Positions 31,133 through 40,755 are shown, counted from the stretch's first letter. The stretch: 53,027 nucleotides of DNA from Sphingomonadaceae bacterium (GCA_050261575.1 JBLNDL010000020.1:1-53027); one strand, 5' to 3'. Program-made: numbers and translations. Notes: generated from the sequence alone by a model not told the origin.

Positions 31133-31915
31133 ATGCCAAAGATCGCCATCAGTGGGAAGGGCGGCGTGGGGAAGACCACCCTTGCTGGGATGCTGGCGCG
31201 CCAGTATGCCGCTGAAGGGGTTGCGGTACTCGCCATCGACGCCGATCCCGACGCCAACCTGGCGTCCGCCCTGGGGGTCCCCCCGGAGGCGGCCGCCACC
31301 CTGTCACCTATCGTGGAGATGGAGGCGTTGATCGAGGAGCGAACGGGCGCCAAGCCAGGCAGCAGCGGCGCCTACTTCCGCCTCAACCCCAGAGTGGATG
31401 ACCTGCCCGAACGCTTCTCGCTGCGGCACGAGGGGGTGCGGCTGATGGTGATGGGCACGGTGAAACGAGGGGGCGGCGGCTGCGTGTGTCCCGAGAGCGT
31501 GCTGCTGAAGAGCCTGGTGACCCATCTGCTGCTCCAACGGGAGGACACCGTGATCCTGGACATGGAGGCCGGGGTCGAGCATTTGGGGCGCGGGACCGCG
31601 GCCGGCGTGGACGCCATGATCGTGGTGGTGGAGCCCGGCCAGCGCAGCGTGCAGACGGCTCACCACGTGGCCCGCCTGGCTCGGGATCTTGGGATCGACC
31701 GCTGCTTCGTGGTGGGGAACAAGGTTCGGGACGAGCGAGACAGGGAGTTCATCCGGAGGCAGGCGGAGCCGCTGCCGCTGCTGGGCTTCGTGTCCCATAG
31801 CCTGGCGGTGGCGGAGGCGGACCTGGCGGGACAAAGTCCCTTCGGCGCGGATCCCGCGCTGGAGGCCGAGGTGCGGGCGATCAGGCGGCGGCTGGAGGAG
31901 TTGCGGGGCGTATAG
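31133..31915 (+). CDS. cooC: CooC/AcsF-type Ni-insertion ATPase
   Basis: SGKGGVGKTT, IDADPDANL, GGGCVCPE (CxC), DMEAGVEHLGRGT. Confidence 0.9.
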   Translation: MPKIAISGKGGVGKTTLAGMLARQYAAEGVAVLAIDADPDANLASALGVPPEAAATLSPIVEMEALIEERTGAKPGSSGAYFRLNPRVDDLPERFSLRHEGVRLMVMGTVKRGGGGCVCPESVLLKSLVTHLLLQREDTVILDMEAGVEHLGRGTAAGVDAMIVVVEPGQRSVQTAHHVARLARDLGIDRCFVVGNKVRDERDREFIRRQAEPLPLLGFVSHSLAVAEADLAGQSPFGADPALEAEVRAIRRRLEELRGV

Positions 31916-32006
31916 CTCGGCCTGCTTGTTGCATGCAGAGTTGTAGGAGATGGCGGCGGGGCGCGAGGTTCGCGCCACGCCGGCGTGGCGGTGGACGCCG
32001 GGCGCC

Positions 32007-32035
32007 TTGCAACATATACCCCATAGGGGTATAAT
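32007..32035 (+). promoter_or_regulatory. Sigma70 promoter overlapped by CsoR/RcnR-family operator
   Basis: TTGCAA-N17-TATAAT containing TATACCCC-ATA-GGGGTATA (32015-32033). Confidence 0.8.
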
Positions 32036-32234
32036 CGCGGGTGTGCGGAGTGCCTGCAAGCCGGCTGTGCGCGCACCCTGGAGGTTGCGGTCGCTCGCCC
32101 GGGGCGGGCAACGTGACGCGGTGGGATGCGGATTGGACTCCGCGAGCCCGTCGGGGAATCCCGCCGCCGCTCCTCGGCTCGCAGACGGGCCGAGTCACGG
32201 GACCCGCGGAAGGCGGGTGAGAAAGGAGGAGCCC

Positions 32235-32918
32235 ATGGCGTTGATCTCGGAGGAGGATCGCAACTTCCTGATCGGCTACTTCTCGAAGGAGATCAAGGAC
32301 CCCGTTCAACTGGTGTACTTCACCCAGCAGCAGTCGCCGCTGGCGATTCCCACACGCCAGGAGTGCATGTACTGCAAGGAGACGCGCGAGCTGCTGGAAG
32401 AGGTGGCTAGCCTCTCCGACAAGATCGAACTGAAGGTATACGACTTCCTGGCCAACAAGGACGAGGCGGCCCGCTATGGGGTCGATAGGATCCCGGCCAC
32501 AGTCATCACCGGCAAGGCAAAGGGCGAGGTTCGGTTCTTCGGCATCCCGTCGGGATACGAGTTCGGGTCCCTTATCGAGGCGATCGTGGACGTCGCCAGG
32601 GGCACCACCGATCTGAGTGATGCCACCAAGAAGGAGCTGGCAAAGATCACCCAGCCAGTCCACATCCAGGTGTTCGTCACGCCCACCTGACCCTACTGCC
32701 CAAACGCGGCCAGGATGGCCCAGAAGATGGCGATCGAGAACGAGCACATTGTCGCCGATACAATCGAGGCGAGCGAGTTCCCCCACCTCTCCCAGCAGTA
32801 CCGGGTGATGAGCGTGCCGAAGATCGTGGTGAACGAGAAGGTCGAGTTCGTGGGGGCGCTGCCCGAGGAGCGCTACCTGCGTGAGGTTCTCAAGGCCGCC
32901 GCCAACGGCCAGGGGTAG
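32235..32918 (+). CDS. Selenocysteine-containing protein-disulfide oxidoreductase (two thioredoxin folds; CMYC and UPYC)
   Basis: In-frame TGA at 32688-32690 in VFVTPT-*-PYC; frame continues with family sequence (EASEFP, VMSVP, FVGALPE) to TAG 32918. Confidence 0.88.
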
Positions 32919-32931
32919 AGCGCCAATCGGA

Positions 32932-32990
32932 ACCACGGAGACACGGAGTACGCGGAGACGCCTGTCTCACCACTCCGTGTCTCCGTGGTA
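32932..32990. repeat. Nonamer inverted-repeat element
   Basis: accacggagacacggag...ctccgtgtctccgtggt; related copy at 36984-37040. Confidence 0.7.
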
Positions 32991-33017
32991 AGCGTCGTTG
33001 GTAGTTGGAGGAAGCCC

Positions 33018-33572
33018 TCAGACCTGCGACTGAGGCTTCTCCGGTTGCGACCCAGCCCTTCTCTTCCGGGCGGAGACGGTCCTGGCTGCCGCCTCGCTGG
33101 CCTCGCTGATGGTCTGTCGCAACCGTCTCATCTCGTGGTCGATCTGCCCCAGTTGGGACATCAAGGCGGCCCTGCGTGTCTCGTCGGCGGCTCCGGATTC
33201 CTTGGGGTGCTCGGCCTCGAGGGTGGAAAGCTCACTTTCCAGGGCTCGGCGTCTCTCCTCCAGTTGGGATAGCTCTGACCTGGCGGTGTCGACCCCCCGG
33301 GTCAGCAGCAGTGTGTCGAGCTCGTCTTGTGCCCTAGTCCGGATGATCGTCAACAGTCGGATCGCTCTCTCCGCCTGGGCCAGGCGGGTCTCCACCTCGT
33401 CCGCCATGGAAATGGCCGAATCGAGATCGCCGTTCTCGAACAGGGCATAATCGGCGATCCGATCCATCTGGTTCTTGTACTGGCGCTGCAGCGTGTTCAA
33501 TTGGTCGAGTCGCGAGCCGATTTCGGCCAACCTCAGCCTCAGGGTTGCGATCCTCCGGTCTAACTCCCGCAT
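33018..33572 (-). CDS. Hypothetical coiled-coil protein
   Basis: 184-aa ORF, RBS AGGAGG, heptad-rich helical sequence. Confidence 0.7.
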   Translation of the reverse strand: MRELDRRIATLRLRLAEIGSRLDQLNTLQRQYKNQMDRIADYALFENGDLDSAISMADEVETRLAQAERAIRLLTIIRTRAQDELDTLLLTRGVDTARSELSQLEERRRALESELSTLEAEHPKESGAADETRRAALMSQLGQIDHEMRRLRQTISEASEAAARTVSARKRRAGSQPEKPQSQV

Positions 33573-33890
33573 CCCGTAGCCTCCTGGGTTAGCTTGTGGT
33601 TACGAATAGTATATAGCGGGCTGCAATCTGCTCCACTCCCGGGTCCGGACATACCCCAGCGCGCGCCCACACGTTTCTTCCCCTCTCGGCCACAACGGGA
33701 AGCCAGTTCTCGCTAGCTGGAGTTGATCCTTTCCTCGCTATGCACTATCCTGATCAACCAGCGGCTGCCTCCTAAGCGACCGAGCGGGGTCTCCAGCAGG
33801 AGACGGCCTTCCCTTCACCGCTGGTAGCTCCCCGTCGGTTGTCAGATCAACTACCATCTTCACACTTCAGAGACTGGGGTTTCGTGTCTG

Positions 33891-35795
33891 GTGAGATTGC
33901 GCAAACGAACGCTGTGCCTGGTCACGGCGATAGGACTGCTTACGACGTCGGCTGTCTCGGTTAGCGCGGTGTGGGCCGCTCCGGCTACCGCGCCTGCGAG
34001 TGGGGTGATACAGGCGGCGCCGACTCCGCCTCCGATGGTACTGGCGACGGCGATTCCGGCAGGGACGCCTGGTGCCGTGATCACGGCGCCGGATGGTTCC
34101 AGGAGTTACACGGTCAAGCCGGGCGACACCCTGACCGCCATCTCACGGGCGGTGGGAGTTCCGGCCGCGCAGATTCAGGAGGCCAACGGGCTGAAGGATC
34201 CGAACAGGCTAGTGGCGGGGATGGTGCTGACCATACCTGGCTCCCAGCCTCCGCCGCCAGCGCCCACGCCCACCCTGGCTCCGTCCGGCGGCTCGCCCAC
34301 CCCGGCTCCAACACCGACCCAACCCACTCCCCAACCTCAGGCCCAGCAGGTCTCGACCAAGGATCCCCTCTACTTCGAGGAGACCGGTTTTCGCGTTGCC
34401 AACGAGCAGTTCTGGAACTACTTCAATCGACGTGGGGGTGTTCGCACCTTCGGCTACCCCATATCCAAGGAGTTCCTGCTGTTTGGCTTCAGGGTCCAAC
34501 TCTTTCAGCGCCTGATCATGCAGTTGAATCCCGACGGCTCGGTCTCCACCATGAACCTGCTGGACGAGGGGCTGATGCCCTACACCCGCATCAACTACTC
34601 CACCTTCCCTGCCCCTGATGGGGGCATGGCGGCCGCGGCCCCGAAGCCGGGGACCGATGAGTACCTGGCGAAGCTGATGGGCTTCGTCAAGGAGAAGGCC
34701 CCGGATCAGTGGGAGAACCTTCCCGTCAACTTCTGGAAGACCTTCAACGACACCGTGCGGTACGAAGAGGCATATCCGGACAAGGGGATGGATCCAGGTA
34801 TCATGCCCGCCATCAACCTGGAGCTGTGGGGTGCTCCCACCAGCGCGCCAGCCTACGATCCCAACAACAAGAACTTCGTCTACCTGCGCTTCCAGCGGGG
34901 GATCATGCACTACGACAAGACCAACGGCACGACTCAGGGTCTGCTGCTGGGAGACTACCTCAAGTCGATCATCACGGGAGTCAACCTCCCGCCTGATCTG
35001 GAGGAGCAGGCGAAGGGCTCTCGCTTCTACCGGCAGTACAACCCTATGGCGGCCAATGGGCTCAACCGCCCCGACGAGCTGCCTGGTACCGACATGCGGG
35101 GTGCCTTCGCCCGAGATGGCCTGGTGGTGCTCGATCCCGGCCACGGCGGCACACAGATCGGCGCGGCCTACGCTTTCCCGGGCGGTCCGGTGCTGGTGGA
35201 GAAGGATCTCAACTTGAAGTTGGCGAACAAGGTAGCGGATCTGCTGCGCCGGGGTGGTAGGCAGGTTCAACTCACCCGCACCTCCGACACCCAGGTCAAC
35301 AATCCGCCCAGGGATGTCACGGGTGACGGCAAGATGACGCTGGACGACGACCTCCAGGCAAGGGTCGACCTTGCCAACAACGCCGGGGCAGACCTGTTCC
35401 TCTCCATCCATCTGAACGGAAACACCAACACCTCTCTCAACGGCGCGGAGGTCTACTACAACGGACAGAGGCCGTTCAGCGACAAGAACAAGAAGTTTGC
35501 CCAGATGGTGCTGGACAACCTGCTGGCGAGCACCAAGGCCGCGGGCTTCAACCTGAACAGCAGGGGCATCAAGCTGGACGAGGCCGCGGTGGGCAAGGGC
35601 AACTCCTTCTACCTGTTGGGTCCGACCGACACGGGCAAGCCCAGGGCTACCCAGATGGTGGGGGCGCTGGTGGAGGGTGCCTTCCTCACCAACGATGGGG
35701 ACGCCAACATGCTGAAGCAAGAGAAGTTCCTGGATGCCCTGGCCGCGGGGTACGCCCAGGCGATCCAGCAGTGGTTCCAAACGTTGGGCAAATAG
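33891..35795 (+). CDS. Secreted LysM + N-acetylmuramoyl-L-alanine amidase (Amidase_3)
   Basis: Signal peptide, LysM YTVKPGDTL, P/T linker, YFEETG/FGYPIS domain, LDPGHGG, EKDLNL, SIHLN, LVEGAFLTN. Confidence 0.9.
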   Translation: MRLRKRTLCLVTAIGLLTTSAVSVSAVWAAPATAPASGVIQAAPTPPPMVLATAIPAGTPGAVITAPDGSRSYTVKPGDTLTAISRAVGVPAAQIQEANGLKDPNRLVAGMVLTIPGSQPPPPAPTPTLAPSGGSPTPAPTPTQPTPQPQAQQVSTKDPLYFEETGFRVANEQFWNYFNRRGGVRTFGYPISKEFLLFGFRVQLFQRLIMQLNPDGSVSTMNLLDEGLMPYTRINYSTFPAPDGGMAAAAPKPGTDEYLAKLMGFVKEKAPDQWENLPVNFWKTFNDTVRYEEAYPDKGMDPGIMPAINLELWGAPTSAPAYDPNNKNFVYLRFQRGIMHYDKTNGTTQGLLLGDYLKSIITGVNLPPDLEEQAKGSRFYRQYNPMAANGLNRPDELPGTDMRGAFARDGLVVLDPGHGGTQIGAAYAFPGGPVLVEKDLNLKLANKVADLLRRGGRQVQLTRTSDTQVNNPPRDVTGDGKMTLDDDLQARVDLANNAGADLFLSIHLNGNTNTSLNGAEVYYNGQRPFSDKNKKFAQMVLDNLLASTKAAGFNLNSRGIKLDEAAVGKGNSFYLLGPTDTGKPRATQMVGALVEGAFLTNDGDANMLKQEKFLDALAAGYAQAIQQWFQTLGK

Positions 35796-35870
35796 GACGC
35801 CGGGGATAGACTCGCCCTCGACGGGTCTATCCTCAGGACTTCCCTCGACTCCGCACGAGGGCCTTTTCAC

Positions 35871-35937
35871 TGTAGGGCTGAGTGGCGGCGAAGGGTCTCC
35901 CGCCACGGGGGGAGATGCTTCGCTACGCTCAGCATTG
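35871..35937. repeat. Palindromic element family A, copy 3
   Basis: GCTGAGTGGCGGCGAAGGGTCTCC...GGAGATGCTTCGCTACGCTCAGCAT. Confidence 0.75.
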
Positions 35938-36084
35938 CGACCGCGCCGGCTCAGGTAGGCCCCTATTCTGCCTCGTCGGCTCTTCCCTCTCCGCAGAAGA
36001 TAGCTGTAGAATGGCCTAGGTGTCTCGGATCCCTTTGGCTCCTCCTGTTGCCTCGCGCTTGAAGTGATTGGGAGTCGCCGCGGG

Positions 36085-36954
36085 ATGGAGGACGGGCGGA
36101 TAGAGATCGGCCACCGCCGGGTCTGTGACTGTCCCCCTAACCACCTGAATTGCCTCGACGCCAAGGAGTGGATGAAGGCCCAGATCGGCGTCTGGCGGTT
36201 CTACTACGAGGTGAGGGACGTTAGAGACAAGTCGGTCCACCCGGCGACCTTCCCCATCGCCCTGGCCCGAAGGGTGATCGAGCTGTTCACCCACCGTGGG
36301 GAGTTGGTGCTCGATCCCTTCGTTGGCAGCGGGACCACCCTTCTCGCTGCTCAGGATCTGGCGAGAAACGCTGTGGGGTGCGATCTCCGGCCGGATTACG
36401 TGGAGCTTGCCCTCTCCAGACTTCGGCCTGGAGAGAGGCCGGACGGGCCCATGCAGCTATGCGTATGCGATGACGCTCGACGGATCGCGTCGCGGCTGGA
36501 GCGCGATAGCGTGAGCCTCATCCTCACCTCGCCGCCCTACGCGAATCTGCTGAACCGTCGACGCAGCAACAAGAGCCGTCGCGGCGATCTGCGGCGGAAC
36601 CGGCAGTATCTGGAGGTGGAGCAGTACTCCCAGGATCCCAGGGACCTCGGCACCCTGGGGCTGGAGCAGTACACACGGGAGGTAGCGGCCATCTTCGAGG
36701 GACTGTTGCCTCTCCTGCGCAGATGTGCCCACTGCGTAATCAACGTGTCGGATATGTGGTGGGAGGGTCGGAGGGTCACCATTCACGTCTCCCTCATCGA
36801 GGCGTTGAGAGCGGTGGGTTACGAGCTTCGGAACGTCATCATCTGGGATCGGACGAACGTCGTGAACAAGATCGGCATCTTCGGCTGGCCCAGCAACTAC
36901 ATCACGATGGGCACCACATTCGAGTACCTGCTGGATTTCTGGCGACCGGCGTAG
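36085..36954 (+). CDS. Orphan amino-DNA methyltransferase (SPPY, probably N4-cytosine)
   Basis: HPATFP, VLDPFVGSGTT (motif I), LTSPPY (motif IV); start uncertain (36064 or 36085). Confidence 0.88.
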   Translation: MEDGRIEIGHRRVCDCPPNHLNCLDAKEWMKAQIGVWRFYYEVRDVRDKSVHPATFPIALARRVIELFTHRGELVLDPFVGSGTTLLAAQDLARNAVGCDLRPDYVELALSRLRPGERPDGPMQLCVCDDARRIASRLERDSVSLILTSPPYANLLNRRRSNKSRRGDLRRNRQYLEVEQYSQDPRDLGTLGLEQYTREVAAIFEGLLPLLRRCAHCVINVSDMWWEGRRVTIHVSLIEALRAVGYELRNVIIWDRTNVVNKIGIFGWPSNYITMGTTFEYLLDFWRPA

Positions 36955-37077
36955 AGTCCACGGCTACCTCGTCGCTGTCTCGAACCGCTGAGACACGGAA
37001 TACTCGGAGTCCCCGATGGCTCTTCGGTGTCTCAGTGTTTGTGTGTTTACCATGACATCAGGGGGAACTGAAGAAGG

Positions 37078-38421
37078 ATGCAGCGAGCTATCCAGTACGT
37101 AGAGGAGAACCAGGGACGGTTCACCGAGGAGCTCCAGGCCCTGGTCCGGCAGCCGTCCATCGCCGCCCAGGGTGTTGGGATGGAGGAGACCGCATATCTT
37201 GTTCGGCAGGCCCTCGAGCGCATAGGGGCCACTGTTCGGATCATTCCAACCAAGGGGTTCCCGGTCGTGTACGGCGAACTGAGGGGGGATTCCGACCGCA
37301 CCCTCGTCTCCTACAACCACTACGACGTGCAGCCCCCGGAGCCGCTAGAACTGTGGAGCTACCCGCCCTTCGGTGCCGAGATCCACGACGGCAAGATGTT
37401 CGGGCGTGGGGTCTCGGACAACAAGGGCAACTTCATGTCTAGGGTGCAGGCGGCCGAGGCGATCTTGCGTACTCGGGGCAGCCTGCCCGTCACAATGAAG
37501 TTCGTGCTGGAAGGCGAGGAGGAGATCGGCAGCGTGCATCTGCCCTCGTTCGTCGAGCGGCACCGGGATCTGCTGCGGGGGGATGGCTGCCTCTGGGAGG
37601 CCGGCTACAAGGACGTGGACGACCGGCCGGTGATCCGGTTGGGGATGAAGGGGATCCTCTCCATCGAACTGGTGGCGAGGGGCGCGCGTGTGGACTACCA
37701 CTCCAGCCAGGCGGTGGTCCTCCCCAATCCCGCGTGGGACCTGGTGTGGGCGCTCGGCACCTTGAGGGGTCCCGACGGTCGGGTGCGCATCCCCGGCTTC
37801 TACGAGGACATCCTCCCCATCTCTCAGGCCGAGAGGGAGGCACTGGCTCGCGTTCCCATCAACGAGGCCAAGCTGAAGGAGCAGGCTGGGGTCGTCCGCT
37901 TCAATGGCGATCTGCAGGGACAGGACATAGCTGTCGCGCTGGCAACCGAGCCAACCTGTAACATCGCGGGCATCGCCTCCGGCTACACCGGCGAGGGGAT
38001 GAAGACGGTGCTCCCTTGCGAGGCGAAGGCCAAGCTGGACCTGCGGATGGTGGTGGATATGGACCCGGAGAAGATCCTCCACTCCATTCGGGAGCACCTC
38101 GAATCCAATGGCTTCGGCCACATAGAGGTGAAGCTGCTGTCGGCGGAGAAGGCGGGGAAGACGGCGGTGGATGACCCGTTTGCCAATCTGGTGGTGGAGA
38201 CGGCGAGGGAGGTGTACGGGCAGGAGCCGGTGGTACTCCCCTCGGCAGCAGGTTCAGGCCCGATGCACCTCTTCCGGGAGGTGGGGCTTCCCTGCGTCAG
38301 CATCGGCGTCGGCTGGGCTCGTTCCCAGAACCACGCCCCCAACGAAAGCATCCGGATGGCGGACTACTGGGAGGGGGTGAGACACGTCATCGCCATCATC
38401 TATGGGATGGGCAGGCAGTAG
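37078..38421 (+). CDS. M20/M25/M40 family metallo-hydrolase
   Basis: YNHYDVQP, GRGVSDNKG, EGEEEIGS, HAPNE. Confidence 0.92.
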   Translation: MQRAIQYVEENQGRFTEELQALVRQPSIAAQGVGMEETAYLVRQALERIGATVRIIPTKGFPVVYGELRGDSDRTLVSYNHYDVQPPEPLELWSYPPFGAEIHDGKMFGRGVSDNKGNFMSRVQAAEAILRTRGSLPVTMKFVLEGEEEIGSVHLPSFVERHRDLLRGDGCLWEAGYKDVDDRPVIRLGMKGILSIELVARGARVDYHSSQAVVLPNPAWDLVWALGTLRGPDGRVRIPGFYEDILPISQAEREALARVPINEAKLKEQAGVVRFNGDLQGQDIAVALATEPTCNIAGIASGYTGEGMKTVLPCEAKAKLDLRMVVDMDPEKILHSIREHLESNGFGHIEVKLLSAEKAGKTAVDDPFANLVVETAREVYGQEPVVLPSAAGSGPMHLFREVGLPCVSIGVGWARSQNHAPNESIRMADYWEGVRHVIAIIYGMGRQ

Positions 38422-38560
38422 CGGACGCGGGGACGGGGAGAGAGAGTCAGGGAGACATCGGGACGCGGGGGCCCCCCTCTTTCAGATGGACAGGCAGGCG
38501 CTGGCCTTCGGGCGGCCTCTCCCAGAAGAAGGGGGAAGCGCTGGGCTCAGCGTCCCCCCG

Positions 38561-39922
38561 TCAGCCCATCTCTTCCAGCGTCCGGCGTGCCAGGGCGATG
38601 GCCGCTTCACGGTCGTCGGGGGCGATCTCTCCATCGAGGACGGCGTTGAGGAGGCGATCCTTGACGGTTCGGATCCAGGGCCCGGGCTGGCGGTGGAAGA
38701 TCGCCATCAGTTCGTTTCCGTCCAGCGGGCTCTTGATCTTCTCGGTTTCCTCCTCCTCCCGGAGGCGCTGAACCCTCTCCTCCAGCTCCCTGACCAGCGC
38801 CATGCGGGCAGCCACCTTGGCTTCCCGCTGGCTCGTGATGTCTGCCCTGGAGAGGGCAAACAGCAGCGGCAGCTCCTCGCCCGCCTCGCGGACGAATCGC
38901 CGCACCGCGCCCAACGTCCAGTCGCTCTCGTAGAGGTTGATCCGCTGGTGCAGGCGGACCAGCTTGGTGACCCGCTCCACGAGCTCGGTGCTGTAGCGGA
39001 AGCGCAGCAGGATCTGCCGCGCCATCTCGGCGCCCACTGTCTCGTGGCCGAAGAAGTGCACCTCTCCGTCATCCACGCTCCTAGTGTTGGGCTTGGCGAT
39101 GTCGTGGAGGACGGCCGCCCAGCGCAGGGTGAGGTCCGCCTCCGTGTTCTCCACCACCTGGAGAGTGTGGCGCCAGACGTCCTTGTGGTGGTAGTCCCCC
39201 TTCTGTTGCAGGCCGATCATGGGAAGCAGTTCCGGGATCAAGTAGTCCAGCAGGAAGGTGTGGTGCAGCAGCCGCAGCCCCTCGGCGGGGCGAGAGGAGA
39301 GGAGGATCTTGGACATCTCCTCGGCGCGGCGCTCCCAACTAATCTTCTGCAGGCTCTTCGCCCGACGGATGATGGCGGCGTAGCTCTCCCGCTCGATCTC
39401 GAAACCGAGCTGGCAGGCGAAGCGGACAGCCCGCAGCATCCGGAGCGGATCCTCCTTGAACCGCTCGTCCGGACTGCCCACGGCCCGAACGTAGCGGCCG
39501 ACCAGATCGGATCGCCCTCCGAAGGGATCGATGATGGTCCCCTCGACCGTCATGGCCATGGCGTTGATGGTGAAGTCGCGCCGGGCCAGATCCTCCTCCA
39601 GGGAGTGGATGAACTCCACTTCGGGCTTTCGCGTGTCCCCATAGACCTCGCCTCGGTAGGTCGTGATCTCCACCCGCTTGTTGTCGATCACGGCCCCGAT
39701 GGTCCCGAACTTCTCACCAACCTTGTAGATGGTGATGTGGGTCGTGGGAGGCCAGGGTTGTCGCAGTATGGCCTCGGTCTCGGCGGGGGTGGCGTCCGTG
39801 GCGAAGTCCAGGTCCGGGCTCTGCCTTCGGAGCAGCAGATCCCTCACCGAACCGCCGACCAGGAACAGCTCTCTTCCCGCCCTCTGGAAGCGCTCGGCGA
39901 GGATGCCAAACAATCGATTCAT
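38561..39922 (-). CDS. cca: Class II tRNA nucleotidyltransferase with HD domain
   Basis: VGGSVRD, DLDFATD, EDLARRDFTINA, EDPLRMLRA, LHDIAKP. Confidence 0.9.
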   Translation of the reverse strand: MNRLFGILAERFQRAGRELFLVGGSVRDLLLRRQSPDLDFATDATPAETEAILRQPWPPTTHITIYKVGEKFGTIGAVIDNKRVEITTYRGEVYGDTRKPEVEFIHSLEEDLARRDFTINAMAMTVEGTIIDPFGGRSDLVGRYVRAVGSPDERFKEDPLRMLRAVRFACQLGFEIERESYAAIIRRAKSLQKISWERRAEEMSKILLSSRPAEGLRLLHHTFLLDYLIPELLPMIGLQQKGDYHHKDVWRHTLQVVENTEADLTLRWAAVLHDIAKPNTRSVDDGEVHFFGHETVGAEMARQILLRFRYSTELVERVTKLVRLHQRINLYESDWTLGAVRRFVREAGEELPLLFALSRADITSQREAKVAARMALVRELEERVQRLREEEETEKIKSPLDGNELMAIFHRQPGPWIRTVKDRLLNAVLDGEIAPDDREAAIALARRTLEEMG

Positions 39923-39970
39923 CAGTGGCCACAGTGTCCTGAGCTATTGATATCTCGCGGTCGGCGGGGG

Positions 39971-40642
39971 CTATTCGGAGCCTGGCTCCGGCTCCTCGGG
40001 GCTGAAGGCGGTCTCTTGGAGGGCGACTCCCGATCGCTCCAGGGCCAGCGCCAACTCGCGCTGCCGGAGGGCGGTGGTCAGGTCGCCTCGGGTCTTCTCC
40101 ATGATGCCGCGCACCGAGTCGGTGGTACGGCGGAGCCCGCCGGTCAACGCGTCGGGGAAGTCCACGGTGACCAGGATGCTGTAGATGTCGTCCATGACCC
40201 GGAGGATCTCCTCGGAGCGATCCATCTGGCCCTGGCGGAGCTGGTCTAGGATGTAGCGTCGCAGTTCACCCGCCGCTTCCCCCATGCCGTTCAGGTAGGC
40301 GGCGGGCTCGACCCCCAACTGCTGGCTGGACGGTATCGGCTCGCGGTTGATGATGGAGTAGGTGATGAATGCCTCGGCCAGTTCCTTCTGCGAGTCCTGA
40401 ACGTACCCAGCGAAGCGCAGATCGGGATGGTCCCGGAGATCGGCCGTGATCTTGTCGCTCATGGCCTTGGCCTTCGCAAGCAGCTCTTTCGCCTTTTCGT
40501 TCTCACCTCGGTGCACCGCTCGAATGCTCAAGGCGCACGAACGGGTGAGCTCCCGCGAAACCGAGAGGGCTCTCTCCCTCGCCGCGTTCTTGATCTCAAG
40601 CTGCCGGACCAGCTCGTTGCCAGCCTCTTCCAGACTCGTCAT
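39971..40642 (-). CDS. Translin/TRAX-family protein
   Basis: RERALSVSRE, AIRAVH-like SIRAVHRG, QKELAEA, YLNGMGEAAGELRRYILD, GLRRTTD. Confidence 0.88.
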   Translation of the reverse strand: MTSLEEAGNELVRQLEIKNAARERALSVSRELTRSCALSIRAVHRGENEKAKELLAKAKAMSDKITADLRDHPDLRFAGYVQDSQKELAEAFITYSIINREPIPSSQQLGVEPAAYLNGMGEAAGELRRYILDQLRQGQMDRSEEILRVMDDIYSILVTVDFPDALTGGLRRTTDSVRGIMEKTRGDLTTALRQRELALALERSGVALQETAFSPEEPEPGSE

Positions 40643-40723
40643 CGCCTGCCGCCTCCAGTCCCTGCTTCCCCCGCCGTCTACTCGCGGGCCCCGCGATCAC
40701 GAATTGTACCACAGTGCGGCCGG

Positions 40724-40755
40724 CGGAATGGCGCTACTGCTGTAGCGCCATTCCG
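40724..40755. terminator. 14-bp perfect hairpin after the Cys-rich small ORF
   Basis: CGGAATGGCGCTAC-TGCT-GTAGCGCCATTCCG; no U-tract. Confidence 0.6.

Noticed and set aside
32688..32690. PDO as a nonsense pseudogene
   Set aside because: The TGA sits at the catalytic Cys position, both halves are intact and a SECIS-like hairpin follows.
33700..33890. c-di-AMP or c-di-GMP riboswitch, or 6S RNA
   Set aside because: Signature sequences (GCUGAAUCC/GGGGUGAAU; GGCAAA/GGGACGC) and a 6S-type long rod were not found.
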